The position numbers were made by a program, and so were the translations under genes. From IMG/VR virus record IMGVR_UViG_3300043418_000072, positions 124,001 through 188,000 of that record: 64,000 nt of DNA. One strand, 5' to 3'. The first letter of the stretch is position 1, and every line of letters starts with the position of its first letter. A model generated the notes under the pieces. It was not told where the DNA came from, did no database searches, and saw nothing but the letters and a program-made list of their open reading frames with translations. Below are positions 1 through 9,488 of the stretch, one piece after another.

Positions 1-150
1 TTCGGCAAATGGTTCTTGATCGTGTGGCGCCCAGTAATTATTTGTTAGATAGTCCCACCCAAACACATTTGCATTGGCTGCAAATATTTTTGAAAATAAA
101 TGATTCCCGGACCCCTGGGGGCCGGTTATCACCAATAAGGTTTTTGACAT
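1..150 (-). CDS. P-loop/sulfotransferase-like protein, runs off window edge
   Basis: Hand translation MSKTLLVITGPQGSGNHLFSKIF...; ATG overlaps the stop of the 150..1109 gene. Confidence 0.6.
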   Translation of the reverse strand, partial: MSKTLLVITGPQGSGNHLFSKIFAANANVFGWDYLTNNYWAPHDQEPFAE

Positions 151-1109
151 CAGTCTAGTAAGTTAATTTGTTGACTTAACGGAATGAACACGCTGCGCAA
201 CTGCTCAATGTGTCGATTAAACCCCGAAGGAGTAAGTTCACGCTCGTCAATGAATATTAGATTGGTATCGTAATACTGCTTGATCTCTGCGCTACGCAAT
301 GCAGGGATGAAATTTTTAGCATACCAGTCCACAATCTCTTTAGGGGTGTTTGGCGGCAATGCAAGTGCCCATGCTGCAAATACGTTAATGTAGCTGCCGC
401 CCACTCGAATAGGTTCTGCTGCGGGCAAATTAGCAAGGCGCTTTTCACCAGTGATGCCAATTACTTTAACGTGCCCGCTTTGTACTAGTGGCAGCGCAAT
501 AGCAATGGGCATGATTCCAAACTCAATTCCTGCATCGCTAGCCACGGCTGTAACTGCCTGCAACGGGCCAGGGAACTGTGTAAACTTAACTTGAGTTTTG
601 TTTCCACCAGCTTTCATCATAAAGAACTCGTATGCCATTCTGTGAGCTCCTCCACCAATTGCAAAAGTAATTGGCTTGTCTGTTTCTTTAACTAACTTAG
701 CAAGTTCTGCAGGAGTAGTAATCTTGCTCTTGGGATTGGCAACGATCGCCAACGGACTCTTGCCCATACCAAATGCAGTTGTAAAACTGTTGTATTGGAA
801 CTGCTTAATGTCCTTTTGCCAAATGTCATTTGTTACGTAGGTACTCATGTAACTGGGGATAGCAATAGTGTGGCCATCAGGTTTGGCGTTATATAGCAAG
901 TTCATTGATACTACGCTGTCTGCGCCGGGCTTGAGGTCAATTACAAACACAGCAGGATTGGTTTTGTTAACCACTGCACTAATGGCGCGAAATCCAACTT
1001 CGTTGCCTGAGCCGGGTTGGTTACCAATTAAGACTGTAATGGGTTTAGTGGGTTCCCATGCAAACGCTAGCACAGGGATTAGTAGTAAGGTGATTAAAAA
1101 CTTTTTCAT
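150..1109 (-). CDS. Tripartite tricarboxylate transporter substrate-binding protein (Bug/TctC family)
   Basis: Signal peptide; WEPTKPITVLI, PGSGNE, KPGADS, PDGHT motifs. Confidence 0.85.
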   Translation of the reverse strand: MKKFLITLLLIPVLAFAWEPTKPITVLIGNQPGSGNEVGFRAISAVVNKTNPAVFVIDLKPGADSVVSMNLLYNAKPDGHTIAIPSYMSTYVTNDIWQKDIKQFQYNSFTTAFGMGKSPLAIVANPKSKITTPAELAKLVKETDKPITFAIGGGAHRMAYEFFMMKAGGNKTQVKFTQFPGPLQAVTAVASDAGIEFGIMPIAIALPLVQSGHVKVIGITGEKRLANLPAAEPIRVGGSYINVFAAWALALPPNTPKEIVDWYAKNFIPALRSAEIKQYYDTNLIFIDERELTPSGFNRHIEQLRSVFIPLSQQINLLD

Positions 1110-1792
1110 ATTGTTCTCCGATTTAAATTAGTTTTAGATAGCAACCGGACTGGGTGCAAGTTAATCCAGTTATCTATGTGAGTTTGTTGAGGTTCGTTAA
1201 TTGAAAGGTCAAAATTGTTAAGTAATGCAGTACCAGGATCGTTAACTAGGTCTTTTAAAGAAACTTTAACATCAGCTTGGTCCATTGCCTGCTGCACCCC
1301 TTTTGTATAAATCTCACCGTCGATTACTTCTGCATTTCGTATAGCAAGTTTTGTACGCCTAATAGCTTCAGTTGTAGTTACAATTTCGTCTTTATACCAT
1401 TTTTTATAATATGCAAATGCTTTCTTATACCATGCCAATCTAAGCTCAGTGCGTAAGTCAGTATAGAGAAAAACTTTCTTCCCTGGTAAAGATTCCCACT
1501 GTTCAATATGATTGCAAGTGAAATATATTTTGTGTTTCCCAAGGTCCATTGTTTGAGTAACAGAATTTATAGGCCACGATTCAGTATTCTTCCATTCCGT
1601 CCCAACGGTCCACTGATTCTTGTATACTACTTTTTTAAAAAATAAAAACCATGACCGGTAAGAGTTGAGGGTGATATTTTCATGATGGAAATGGCATGTA
1701 TAGTTGCCACTTAACAATAACAAGTGCAAGAATAAAAAGCCGCCACTGCCACCGTAGTAGAATATATTTAGATCGCTAGAGTCTTTGCTCAT
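1106..1792 (-). CDS. Sulfotransferase-like hypothetical protein
   Basis: N-terminal YYGGSGGFLF loop; coupled operon. Confidence 0.45.
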   Translation of the reverse strand: MSKDSSDLNIFYYGGSGGFLFLHLLLLSGNYTCHFHHENITLNSYRSWFLFFKKVVYKNQWTVGTEWKNTESWPINSVTQTMDLGKHKIYFTCNHIEQWESLPGKKVFLYTDLRTELRLAWYKKAFAYYKKWYKDEIVTTTEAIRRTKLAIRNAEVIDGEIYTKGVQQAMDQADVKVSLKDLVNDPGTALLNNFDLSINEPQQTHIDNWINLHPVRLLSKTNLNRRTI

Positions 1793-2364
1793 TTAATAAT
1801 TGTGACTAGTATATCACTATGCTGTTTAGTTAATCGCACGTCGTGACCAAAGTTATTTTTAATCCATGCATCAGTGAAGTGGTTCCAGGTTGCATCGTGT
1901 TGGTATGCAAACTCCAGTATCCTTTTGTTCTGTACGCTGATCTCATGTAACATAGTTGGACTGTCTTGGTACCAACTGTAGTCAGGGTACTCAATATCAA
2001 ACCCACCTGCTTCGTGCCACCATGTATAGCTAGGCATATCGGGGCGGTAGACTAGCATAATCCAATCGTCGGGAAATGCTGCTTTTACGTCATGCAGCTT
2101 ATATGCCCAGTTATGGCTCTTTACAATCTTGGTACCACCCTCTTTTGCCCATGCGCTGTCAATGTAGTCAGCATCCAATCGATCTTCCAGTTCCATGCCG
2201 GGCCCAAAGTATGCGCCACAGTGGCCTCCATATTTTGCATGAGTGAATACACGATCATTATTACGATCCCGAGTATTAAACTCTGGCAGTGTTTCTAGTA
2301 GTTGTGCAATGCCGCTCCAGCGGCTTCCGGGCACTCCGGTAAAAAATATTCGATTTGGTAGCAT
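1789..2364 (-). CDS. P-loop/sulfotransferase-like protein
   Basis: FFTGVPGSRWS, IVKSH, LVYR motifs; ATG just after TAAATA. Confidence 0.5.
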   Translation of the reverse strand: MLPNRIFFTGVPGSRWSGIAQLLETLPEFNTRDRNNDRVFTHAKYGGHCGAYFGPGMELEDRLDADYIDSAWAKEGGTKIVKSHNWAYKLHDVKAAFPDDWIMLVYRPDMPSYTWWHEAGGFDIEYPDYSWYQDSPTMLHEISVQNKRILEFAYQHDATWNHFTDAWIKNNFGHDVRLTKQHSDILVTIIK

Positions 2365-2366
2365 AG

Positions 2367-2376
2367 TATTTAAATA
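2367..2376. promoter_or_regulatory. Palindromic TATTTAAATA, candidate bidirectional late promoter
   Basis: TAAATA on both strands between divergent genes. Confidence 0.55.
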
Positions 2377-2396
2377 CACATTGTAGACAATTTTAT

Positions 2397-2936
2397 ATGA
2401 TTAATCAACCTTACCTCAATGACTATTTTGCCAATGTATGGGCAAAACGCGATCGCACTCTTGATCAATATACCTACACTGGATGGGCCTTAGTGGACAA
2501 AATTAAACCCGATGAACGAGTAATTGATGTTGGGTGCGGAATGAATCCGTTTAAAGGGCATATCCCTGATCTAGTGGGCATCGATCCTGCATTTGACCAA
2601 GCAGACGTTAAATGCACACTAGAAGAGTACCGCACCCCCGCACCGTTTGATGTTGCGTTTTGTTTGGGGTCAATTAACTTTGGCGATAGGAAAAACATCG
2701 AAGATCAAATTGCTATAGTGCTTGGGTTGCTTAAAAGCGAAGCCAGGATTTATTGGCGTTGCAATCCTGGGCGCAAAGATCACGGTAACACAGAATGTAA
2801 CGACATTGATTTTTATCCATGGAGTATTGAGGAGCATGTGCGTTTAAGCGAGCTATTTGGATGTAAGCTAGTAGAATGCAGATGGGACACGCAGAACCGC
2901 CTATACGCAGAGTGGAAAGTATCGCGCACAGCTTAA
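2397..2936 (+). CDS. Class I SAM-dependent methyltransferase
   Basis: VIDVGCG motif I, GIDP, FDVAFCLGSI. Confidence 0.8.
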   Translation: MINQPYLNDYFANVWAKRDRTLDQYTYTGWALVDKIKPDERVIDVGCGMNPFKGHIPDLVGIDPAFDQADVKCTLEEYRTPAPFDVAFCLGSINFGDRKNIEDQIAIVLGLLKSEARIYWRCNPGRKDHGNTECNDIDFYPWSIEEHVRLSELFGCKLVECRWDTQNRLYAEWKVSRTA

Positions 2937-3070
2937 TACTTATGCCGGTCAACCAAAGTTATAAACCCTGTTAATTGGTCCGAGTCAACCTCCGTAAATA
3001 TTTGCGTGGACAGACTGTTTTACTGATCCACAGTAAAATGGAAAAATTCACGCACCCCAAGGAGGCACAT

Positions 3071-3829
3071 TTGTCTAAACAGCGTAAAGGCCGAGCATCA
3101 AATGCTCAACCAGCAATCACCCAATCAAACAATCGCAACGATAACACCATTAACATCGATACATATCGTCCCCAAAAACAAAGACCAATTAACCTTTCCC
3201 CAAAGTCTTTAGCACAAGAAGACTATATTGATCTGTTAACAGATCCCCAAAAAATTATTCTATTCGCCACTGGCCCAGCAGGTACTGGTAAAACAATGCT
3301 AGCCGTATTAGCGGCACTAAAAGCATTTAGAGCTGGCGAATGTTCCAAGATCGTTATCACTCGACCAGCCGTCGGCGTTGATGATGAGCAGCACGGGTTC
3401 CTACCAGGCGACCTTAATGCAAAAATGGCACCATGGACTAGACCTATTTTAGATTACATCGAAGAATACTATAGACCAATTGAAGTCACAAAAATGCTAG
3501 AAGAAAAACAAATTGAGATCTCTCCACTAGCATATATGAGAGGACGTACCTTTAAAAATAGTTGGATTATTGCAGACGAAATGCAAAACGCCACACCATC
3601 GCAGATGAAGATGCTGCTAACACGCCTCGGTGAAGGTTCCAAGATTGTAGTTACAGGTGACACACGCCAAGCAGACCGTAAAGAAGCAGACAACGGCTTA
3701 CTAGACTTTAAACGTCTAGTTGATGATTACCGTAATTGCAAATACGTCAGCGGAGTGGAATTCACAGGCAAGGATATTATGCGACATCCTGCTGTTCTCG
3801 AGATATTGAAGATCTACAAGGAGGTATGA
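3071..3829 (+). CDS. phoH: PhoH-family ATPase
   Basis: GPAGTGKT, ITRP, GFLPG, MRGRT, DEMQN, GDTRQ; TTG start after GGAGG. Confidence 0.95.
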   Translation: MSKQRKGRASNAQPAITQSNNRNDNTINIDTYRPQKQRPINLSPKSLAQEDYIDLLTDPQKIILFATGPAGTGKTMLAVLAALKAFRAGECSKIVITRPAVGVDDEQHGFLPGDLNAKMAPWTRPILDYIEEYYRPIEVTKMLEEKQIEISPLAYMRGRTFKNSWIIADEMQNATPSQMKMLLTRLGEGSKIVVTGDTRQADRKEADNGLLDFKRLVDDYRNCKYVSGVEFTGKDIMRHPAVLEILKIYKEV

Positions 3830-3858
3830 GTATAGTTACTTACTAACCTTATCCGCTT

Positions 3859-3904
3859 ATATGCGCTAACACTAAATCCAACTAGTGTTGGCGCATATTC
3901 TTTT
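3859..3904 (+). terminator. 16-bp hairpin between convergent genes
   Basis: ATATGCGCTAACACTA / TAGTGTTGGCGCATAT (one G-U) followed by TCTTTT. Confidence 0.6.
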
Positions 3905-4124
3905 AAGATATACGACCAATTGCCACGTAGATTAACTCATCCAGCTCTTGCTGGTAGTCTCGCCCGGTTCTACGCAGCTCGTAAATTTTAGTCACTAACT
4001 CCGACGGTGTACTACTGTCAACTTCAAAGCCCTTGCCTCGTTTTTCTAATTCTTCAATTAGATCGTAGGTGTCAAAGTCGGTTAAATCTACGTCAACTTC
4101 TACATAAGTTTCAACTGTTGCCAT
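3903..4124 (-). CDS. Hypothetical protein
   Basis: ORF in coupled operon. Confidence 0.7.
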   Translation of the reverse strand: MATVETYVEVDVDLTDFDTYDLIEELEKRGKGFEVDSSTPSELVTKIYELRRTGRDYQQELDELIYVAIGRIS

Positions 4125-4593
4125 TGTGTTCTTTCGTTAAGTTGCATACCATTTGAAAGTGCTCGTATGCTTGTCGCACACTTTCATGCTGCATTAGGTT
4201 CTCTGCTTCTCGGGTCATGACTTTAACTGCATCTTCGCAGGCTTCGCGGGCACTAGGCCATTCTAGTGTCTTTGCACTATCCCCAAACTCAGCAACTAGA
4301 TTATCCCAGGCTGCTTTCTGACTAGGAGTTAGCGGTGTGTTGCTTTGTTTTTGTTTCTGCATACGCAAGTCTGTGGCAGCAACAATGGCGCTACTGATAG
4401 CATCTTCTGCTAGCCGCCCTGCTGCAATCATTGCAGCATAGTTGGGATCAATATTGTATCTGCGACTAACCCCGCCGGGATAGCAAATAGTGAGATGTGA
4501 GCCTTTGGGTAATGCGTCCATTAGATCGCTATCGTACTCATGCACTGGCACATATCTGCGGCCAACTTTTTCGTAGAAGATCTTCTTAGTCAT
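4111..4593 (-). CDS. Hypothetical protein
   Basis: Start moved to MTKKIFYEK. Confidence 0.7.
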   Translation of the reverse strand: MTKKIFYEKVGRRYVPVHEYDSDLMDALPKGSHLTICYPGGVSRRYNIDPNYAAMIAAGRLAEDAISSAIVAATDLRMQKQKQSNTPLTPSQKAAWDNLVAEFGDSAKTLEWPSAREACEDAVKVMTREAENLMQHESVRQAYEHFQMVCNLTKEHNGNS

Positions 4594-4738
4594 TTTGTTG
4601 ATGCCTATATTCACGTTTAAACCAATACTTGTACTTGGCAAAATATTCCTGTGCAGTATATGGCAACACCTGGCCATAGCTTTCTAGCTCTGTTTGATGT
4701 TCGTACCATTTTTCCTGACACCATGCTCTAAAGTTCAT
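4586..4738 (-). CDS. Small hypothetical protein (50 aa, not in track)
   Basis: MNFRAWCQEKWYEH...; fills the gap. Confidence 0.6.
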   Translation of the reverse strand: MNFRAWCQEKWYEHQTELESYGQVLPYTAQEYFAKYKYWFKREYRHQQND

Positions 4739-4975
4739 TTACATTTCCTTTAGTAGTGCAACATGAGTGCGGGATAAACGTAAGATACTGTGATTAGCTT
4801 CTTCAAATCTAATTGGCAAATCTGTATGTACTAGGACTTGCTTATTTTCTTCGCGAACCACCATTGCAATGAAGGGAATTTTATTCCAGTGGCCAAAAAC
4901 TCTGTCGCCATAGTTGTACTTAGGCTTGGGCTTATCAGCATCACGTGCTGCAAAATATTCTGCGTAATTAGCCAT
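4739..4975 (-). CDS. Hypothetical protein
   Basis: TAATG-coupled ORF. Confidence 0.65.
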   Translation of the reverse strand: MANYAEYFAARDADKPKPKYNYGDRVFGHWNKIPFIAMVVREENKQVLVHTDLPIRFEEANHSILRLSRTHVALLKEM

Positions 4976-5232
4976 TATGCGCCACCTCTAAGAATGTACA
5001 TAGTAACGTCTTGGCTGTCAATAACACACATTTGCTCGCCGTACTTGTTATGCTCACCGCTGTACCATGAACGTTTTTCGACGTTGAGGATTTCAACCTT
5101 AACCATCTTAGGGTTAATCTTAACTACCTTGGCGATCTCCATGCCATTATGGTGCGCCACTGCAACGCAATCACCTAGTGCAATATCCCGACCTAGTTTA
5201 TCTTTGTGTACCGGAATTTCTTTAGCTGCCAT
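4975..5232 (-). CDS. Hypothetical protein (SH3/KOW-like)
   Basis: DKLGRDIALGDCVA pattern. Confidence 0.6.
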   Translation of the reverse strand: MAAKEIPVHKDKLGRDIALGDCVAVAHHNGMEIAKVVKINPKMVKVEILNVEKRSWYSGEHNKYGEQMCVIDSQDVTMYILRGGA

Positions 5233-5527
5233 GTGATGCTTTCAACATTTCAATTAGTTTTTCGGGTTTGACAATCTCGTGGACCATTTTGTGATCAGTC
5301 GGGATGCAACGGTATTCAATTACCTCCCACTCGCTCATGTCAGTGGCTCCATAATATTTGTTAATATGGCTTGTAATGTGGGCACGGAGTTTACCCAGGG
5401 TGTCCCAAGTCTTGCCACCTTTTTCGACCCAATAGCTGTTGTTGCCATCTGCGTTGGCATAAGTGCCGCCTTTGCTATAACGCTTGGTTACTCGGTGGCG
5501 TATTTTAAAAAATGTTTGTTCACTCAT
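5222..5527 (-). CDS. Hypothetical protein
   Basis: Start moved to MSEQTFFKIRH. Confidence 0.65.
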   Translation of the reverse strand: MSEQTFFKIRHRVTKRYSKGGTYANADGNNSYWVEKGGKTWDTLGKLRAHITSHINKYYGATDMSEWEVIEYRCIPTDHKMVHEIVKPEKLIEMLKASHGS

Positions 5528-5727
5528 CTGCGTTTCCTTTTGGCATCTGCTTTGCCAGTGAAATACCCAACTAACCAAAAACATATTGCAGTCCACAATA
5601 TCCAACCCACCATGTAACTTACTGGTACCATCATTGATCCACAACGTGATAATTAGAAAAGGGGTAAGTTTCTTGTAACCATTGTAACATATCTTCCTTA
5701 AAAGGTAAACGAATATTATCGTATTTG

Positions 5728-5934
5728 TTAGTTATGTACTTCATTGGGAATTCCAGCTTCGGTTGCACACTTGACACAAAGAGCCTTAGGACGAGGGCCG
5801 CCCATACCACTGATCACTTGATTGCATTGGCAACACGCGATCATCGCAGCGGTGTAGATGTAGCCCTTTTTGGGTTGTTGGATAGGTTGGTACTGGTCTT
5901 TGCCCACTCGATCGTAACCGATGATTTCACTCAT
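5728..5934 (-). CDS. Small Zn-finger-like protein
   Basis: CCQC...CVKC. Confidence 0.55.
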   Translation of the reverse strand: MSEIIGYDRVGKDQYQPIQQPKKGYIYTAAMIACCQCNQVISGMGGPRPKALCVKCATEAGIPNEVHN

Positions 5935-6224
5935 GATGCGTTACCTGCACTGTCGTAGATAGAGAAACGACCAGCCTCATCATTCCAATGACGAGTATCG
6001 TAATACTGTGCTGATACAGTATAGCCTAACAAGCCAAGATCCAAGCTCATGCCAGCGTGATCTTGTCTAATGTTCCAACGGAATGCAAAGCTCACAATGG
6101 TTGAATCACGATAGACTTCAAACTCCACAGCTTTATGCAGACGATCAATGACAGCACTGCGGTTGTAGATATTGTCCCAACGGTCACTGAATGGGTTGCG
6201 TAAATTAAAACTGAAACTAATCAT
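5931..6224 (-). CDS. Hypothetical protein
   Basis: ATGA-coupled to FGVEE junction. Confidence 0.7.
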   Translation of the reverse strand: MISFSFNLRNPFSDRWDNIYNRSAVIDRLHKAVEFEVYRDSTIVSFAFRWNIRQDHAGMSLDLGLLGYTVSAQYYDTRHWNDEAGRFSIYDSAGNAS

Positions 6225-6243
6225 TCTTCAACTCCGAAATGTT
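6221..6243 (-). repeat. FGVEE junction repeat TCATTCTTCAACTCC(GAAATGTT)
   Basis: 15-mer exact at 6221, 6499, 6768, 8299, 39800, 40120, 40692; variant at 40441. Confidence 0.95.
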
Positions 6244-6502
6244 CTTTCAATAATAATTGATAGTTATACATTACCTTGGCATACTCAGCCCCTCCTAGGT
6301 GAGAAAATCCACGATAGAGTTCAGCCTCTTCTTCTGCTTTAGCAAGACATTCCCTAACAATCAACTCTGCAAACTTTTTGTTATAAATTTCTCTACCCTC
6401 GGTAAAAGAATAAAGACGATTATGCACCCGTTCCAAGTGGGCAAGTTCATCATCAGCAAGTTGTTCTGCTACTCGTGCAAGTTCTAGAATTCGTTCGTTC
6501 AT
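6221..6502 (-). CDS. MNERI...HFGVEE family protein
   Basis: MNERILELA, FAELIVREC, KEHFGVEE. Confidence 0.8.
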   Translation of the reverse strand: MNERILELARVAEQLADDELAHLERVHNRLYSFTEGREIYNKKFAELIVRECLAKAEEEAELYRGFSHLGGAEYAKVMYNYQLLLKEHFGVEE

Positions 6503-6771
6503 TCTTCAACTCCGAAAGGTTTTTTATTTTCTGCTCTATTTTCTACAATCGAACTAAGTGTAAATCCTTCAAGACCCAGTGCTACTCTGATTGCACGATT
6601 TACTTTCCAAGTTTCTCGTTCAGTCAACCATATGCCCTTTCCTAAACTTGTGAAGTCGTGAGTTGTTCCGTGCCAAGTCCAGCAACCTCCACCGAGAGTC
6701 CAGTATTCGGTTCCTTTTTCTGGAGGGGTCTTTAATGGTGAAGGAACCTCTATTCCATTAATGTAGTTCAT
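6499..6771 (-). CDS. Hypothetical protein with FGVEE tail only
   Basis: Body unrelated to MNERI family. Confidence 0.7.
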   Translation of the reverse strand: MNYINGIEVPSPLKTPPEKGTEYWTLGGGCWTWHGTTHDFTSLGKGIWLTERETWKVNRAIRVALGLEGFTLSSIVENRAENKKPFGVEE

Positions 6772-6989
6772 TCTTCAACTCCGAAATGTTGTTTAATCTC
6801 GCAAATCATAGTATAACCAGGACCAGACTTTTTACCTTGTCCATAATAGTCCCCAACAATGTCAACACATTCCCTAACAATCAACTCGGCGAACATTTCC
6901 ATATGATGGTCAAGAAAATTTTTATCGTCCGCCTCGTCAAATGCCATACAATAAGCCTGTTCAGCAAGTTCTCGAATTCGTTCGTTCAT
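6768..6989 (-). CDS. MNERI...HFGVEE family protein
   Basis: MNERIRELAEQA, FAELIVREC. Confidence 0.8.
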   Translation of the reverse strand: MNERIRELAEQAYCMAFDEADDKNFLDHHMEMFAELIVRECVDIVGDYYGQGKKSGPGYTMICEIKQHFGVEE

Positions 6990-7150
6990 TAGTAACATTC
7001 CTCAACTGTGACAGTATGTCCGAGGTATTCCAACAATTTTTTGATACCTTCAGTTCCCATGTCTTCATCATTGTGGTCCCAGCTGAACCGTTTGCCATCT
7101 ACGTTTACTGTCCATCCATCACAGTATTGCTCAATCTCAATATCTTTCAT
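6989..7150 (-). CDS. Small hypothetical protein (53 aa, not in track)
   Basis: MKDIEIEQYCDGW...; coupled both ends. Confidence 0.65.
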   Translation of the reverse strand: MKDIEIEQYCDGWTVNVDGKRFSWDHNDEDMGTEGIKKLLEYLGHTVTVEECY

Positions 7151-7641
7151 GCTTGCAACTCCTTAAACCACGCTTCGCACTTTTCCCAAGTCGTGTAAAC
7201 ATGAGCGATACCGCCTGCTGCAATCCACTCACTGCAATTACTGTGTCGGTCATCAATTAAGATGTCAGTTGGGTGCTTGACATAACGATACTTGTCATGG
7301 CTAAAAGGGCCCAGGAACACAGGGATGCCGGGAAAGTGCTTGTCTGCCCACCATACTTTATCTTGTGCAGCAAAGGGCACACTGTAGTCATGTGGCAGAG
7401 CTGACAAGAATCGCAGTGTTCCGCCTGTTTCCTGCGTAAGTGCTTGGCAGTAAGCGACTAAGTCATGTGCGCCTGGCTTCAATGGCAAGTTCAAGTAAAA
7501 GCGTTCGTCCTCTTTAAGACGATCCCAATCCTTTTGCGGAATACGTTCACCAATAGTGTCGTCCCATGTCATACCAAGAATGTTTTGTGCGTGGACTTTC
7601 CAATCGCAAACCACATCGTCCATGTCTAAATAAATGTTCAT
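7147..7641 (-). CDS. HAD-family 5'(3')-deoxyribonucleotidase
   Basis: YLDMDDV, FLSALP, DKVWW, LIDD. Confidence 0.85.
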   Translation of the reverse strand: MNIYLDMDDVVCDWKVHAQNILGMTWDDTIGERIPQKDWDRLKEDERFYLNLPLKPGAHDLVAYCQALTQETGGTLRFLSALPHDYSVPFAAQDKVWWADKHFPGIPVFLGPFSHDKYRYVKHPTDILIDDRHSNCSEWIAAGGIAHVYTTWEKCEAWFKELQA

Positions 7642-7650
7642 TTGTTTTCC

Positions 7651-7929
7651 TTAAATTGTTTTCCACTTGTGCATTTCGCACACGCTATGCTCGTCTTCCA
7701 TGAAGGTGATCTTCTTCTCACCTATGTCGGCGCCCATCGCATAGCAACCCCACCCTGCGGTTTGTGTAATAGGACCTTTCATGCGGCCGCCACTCATAGT
7801 ATTCCAAGGATGTCGTGTAACTTCAAATTGATAGTCGCAGTTGCAGCAACACCGCCCTTTGGTATTACCATCTTCTGCTTTCCACCCTTTGTAACAGAGT
7901 TTCACTGGTAGCCCTTCTTTAACATCCAA
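7651..7929 (-). CDS. Cys-rich hypothetical protein
   Basis: CCCNC, GWGC, CEMH. Confidence 0.6.
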   Translation of the reverse strand: MDVKEGLPVKLCYKGWKAEDGNTKGRCCCNCDYQFEVTRHPWNTMSGGRMKGPITQTAGWGCYAMGADIGEKKITFMEDEHSVCEMHKWKTI

Positions 7930-8144
7930 ACCAACACTTGCTGTTGATCCAGTTTAGCAATATCCTTGCTGTGTTTGCTAACAGATTTCGCATTGGGATT
8001 ATCCACAATCTTCATACGCACCTGGCCGCTACCGTTTTCGTACTTAGTAGTACCCACAGCTTTGACCTTGTAGATATTGCTGTAGAAGACCACAAAGTCA
8101 TCTGCTTTAATTTCTTGGTCAATAACGTCAGTAATGGGATTCAT
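7902..8144 (-). CDS. Hypothetical protein
   Basis: Resembles 4975..5232 (D..D+V N-terminus, QQVLVWML tail). Confidence 0.6.
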   Translation of the reverse strand: MNPITDVIDQEIKADDFVVFYSNIYKVKAVGTTKYENGSGQVRMKIVDNPNAKSVSKHSKDIAKLDQQQVLVWMLKKGYQ

Positions 8145-8302
8145 AATAGCTCTGCTTCAATAGTGCTCTTGACTATAGAGAGCAAACTTTGAAAGGGCGC
8201 AATGAACTTGCTTTTACCATGCACAGCCGCATCTACTGTAGGGAACGGACCTGCTTCGATACCCTCTGAACTGACTAGATAATATACTTGATAGGTTTTC
8301 AT
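8141..8302 (-). CDS. Small hypothetical protein (53 aa, not in track)
   Basis: MKTYQVYYLV...; starts at FGVEE junction. Confidence 0.65.
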   Translation of the reverse strand: MKTYQVYYLVSSEGIEAGPFPTVDAAVHGKSKFIAPFQSLLSIVKSTIEAELL

Positions 8303-8526
8303 TCTTCAACTCCGAAATGTTCATTCAGCACCATTGCCCAGTCCAAGTCACTGCGTCCAATAAACTCGGGAGAGTTAAGATATTGACCACATTCCCAAAC
8401 AATCAATTTGGCGAACTTTCCACGGACGATGCTGTGATAGATATCATTGTATCGGTCGTTGACCGGCACTCGGCTATCAGCATAGGCAATAGCCTCAAGT
8501 TCAAGTTGTTTGATTCGTTCGTTCAT
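8299..8526 (-). CDS. MNERI...HFGVEE family protein
   Basis: MNERIKQLE, FAKLIVWEC, EHFGVEE. Confidence 0.8.
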   Translation of the reverse strand: MNERIKQLELEAIAYADSRVPVNDRYNDIYHSIVRGKFAKLIVWECGQYLNSPEFIGRSDLDWAMVLNEHFGVEE

Positions 8527-8729
8527 CAGTACTTCCTCAATTCTTTTATATCTAGCAAGTTGCAGTTGCCGCAATGCCTGGCTTGGTAGTCAACTGTCCA
8601 TACACCTTCTTTGCGGGCTTTTGGATCGTGGTACTTGGTCCAATTATGCCACCCAATGCGACACCAAAAACTTGTTGCCAGCAAAGGCTCGTCCTTTAGA
8701 GCCCGCATGGTGTTTTCTGCTTCATTCAC
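8526..8729 (-). CDS. Small Cys/His Zn-binding phage protein
   Basis: FWCRIGWHNW...HCGNC. Confidence 0.6.
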   Translation of the reverse strand: MNEAENTMRALKDEPLLATSFWCRIGWHNWTKYHDPKARKEGVWTVDYQARHCGNCNLLDIKELRKY

Positions 8730-9459
8730 AGTGTGATGTTCCTTGTAGCGCATCAGGTACAACCCAGTCCGTTGGCACATCAGTGACTTCAACCAAGCCA
8801 GCAGGTGCTCCACCAAGTTGGCGCCAAGCAAATGCACGGTCTTGATTTTCTTTCTGAATCCAGAGTTGTTTAGACTGTTCTTCCCACATCACAGGAAAGT
8901 CAGCAGCCCACAAGCTCAAGTCGTAGCTGAGACTTTTTCCGCCTCCGCCACCTGATCCAGTACAGATAGGAGAGTCTTCGAAGTAGTCACTGCCAAAGCC
9001 GGTCGAACTTGTTACGCTGTAAGTGATTCGGCCGCGCCAGCCCGCATAGCCCGTAGGCTTGCCTTTGTTATGTTCACTTCGGCGATCAAAGTTAGTAACA
9101 CCTCCACGCGGGCAAGAGTGACTGTTGCTAAGTTCGTTAACAAAGTGCAACCCAGACAGTTTCAACCCAATCAGCTGATCGTCTTTCTTGGGAAAATTGC
9201 TGCGTTTGCGCCAGCTATTGCGCTGGATCATGTTGTCACGGAAGAAGCTCCAATGATCAATGATAAACTGTTGCAGCTCATCAAATGATGCAACCTGTCC
9301 CATTGTGTCTAGGAACACTTCGCGGTCTGCTGCACGTTTTTCTAAGCGGCGCACTTGTGCTCGTGCAGCGCCAAGTTTGCGAAGGTGAGTAGTGTACTTG
9401 GCTTTGTCTTCAAACAACTTGCCATCTGCATCACTTTTCCAAACAAGAACTTGACTCAT
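8722..9459 (-). CDS. Hypothetical protein
   Basis: 245-aa ORF with GAGG RBS downstream of promoter. Confidence 0.8.
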   Translation of the reverse strand: MSQVLVWKSDADGKLFEDKAKYTTHLRKLGAARAQVRRLEKRAADREVFLDTMGQVASFDELQQFIIDHWSFFRDNMIQRNSWRKRSNFPKKDDQLIGLKLSGLHFVNELSNSHSCPRGGVTNFDRRSEHNKGKPTGYAGWRGRITYSVTSSTGFGSDYFEDSPICTGSGGGGGKSLSYDLSLWAADFPVMWEEQSKQLWIQKENQDRAFAWRQLGGAPAGLVEVTDVPTDWVVPDALQGTSHCE

Positions 9460-9488
9460 GTGCTACCTCACTTTGCTGCTATGTGTAT

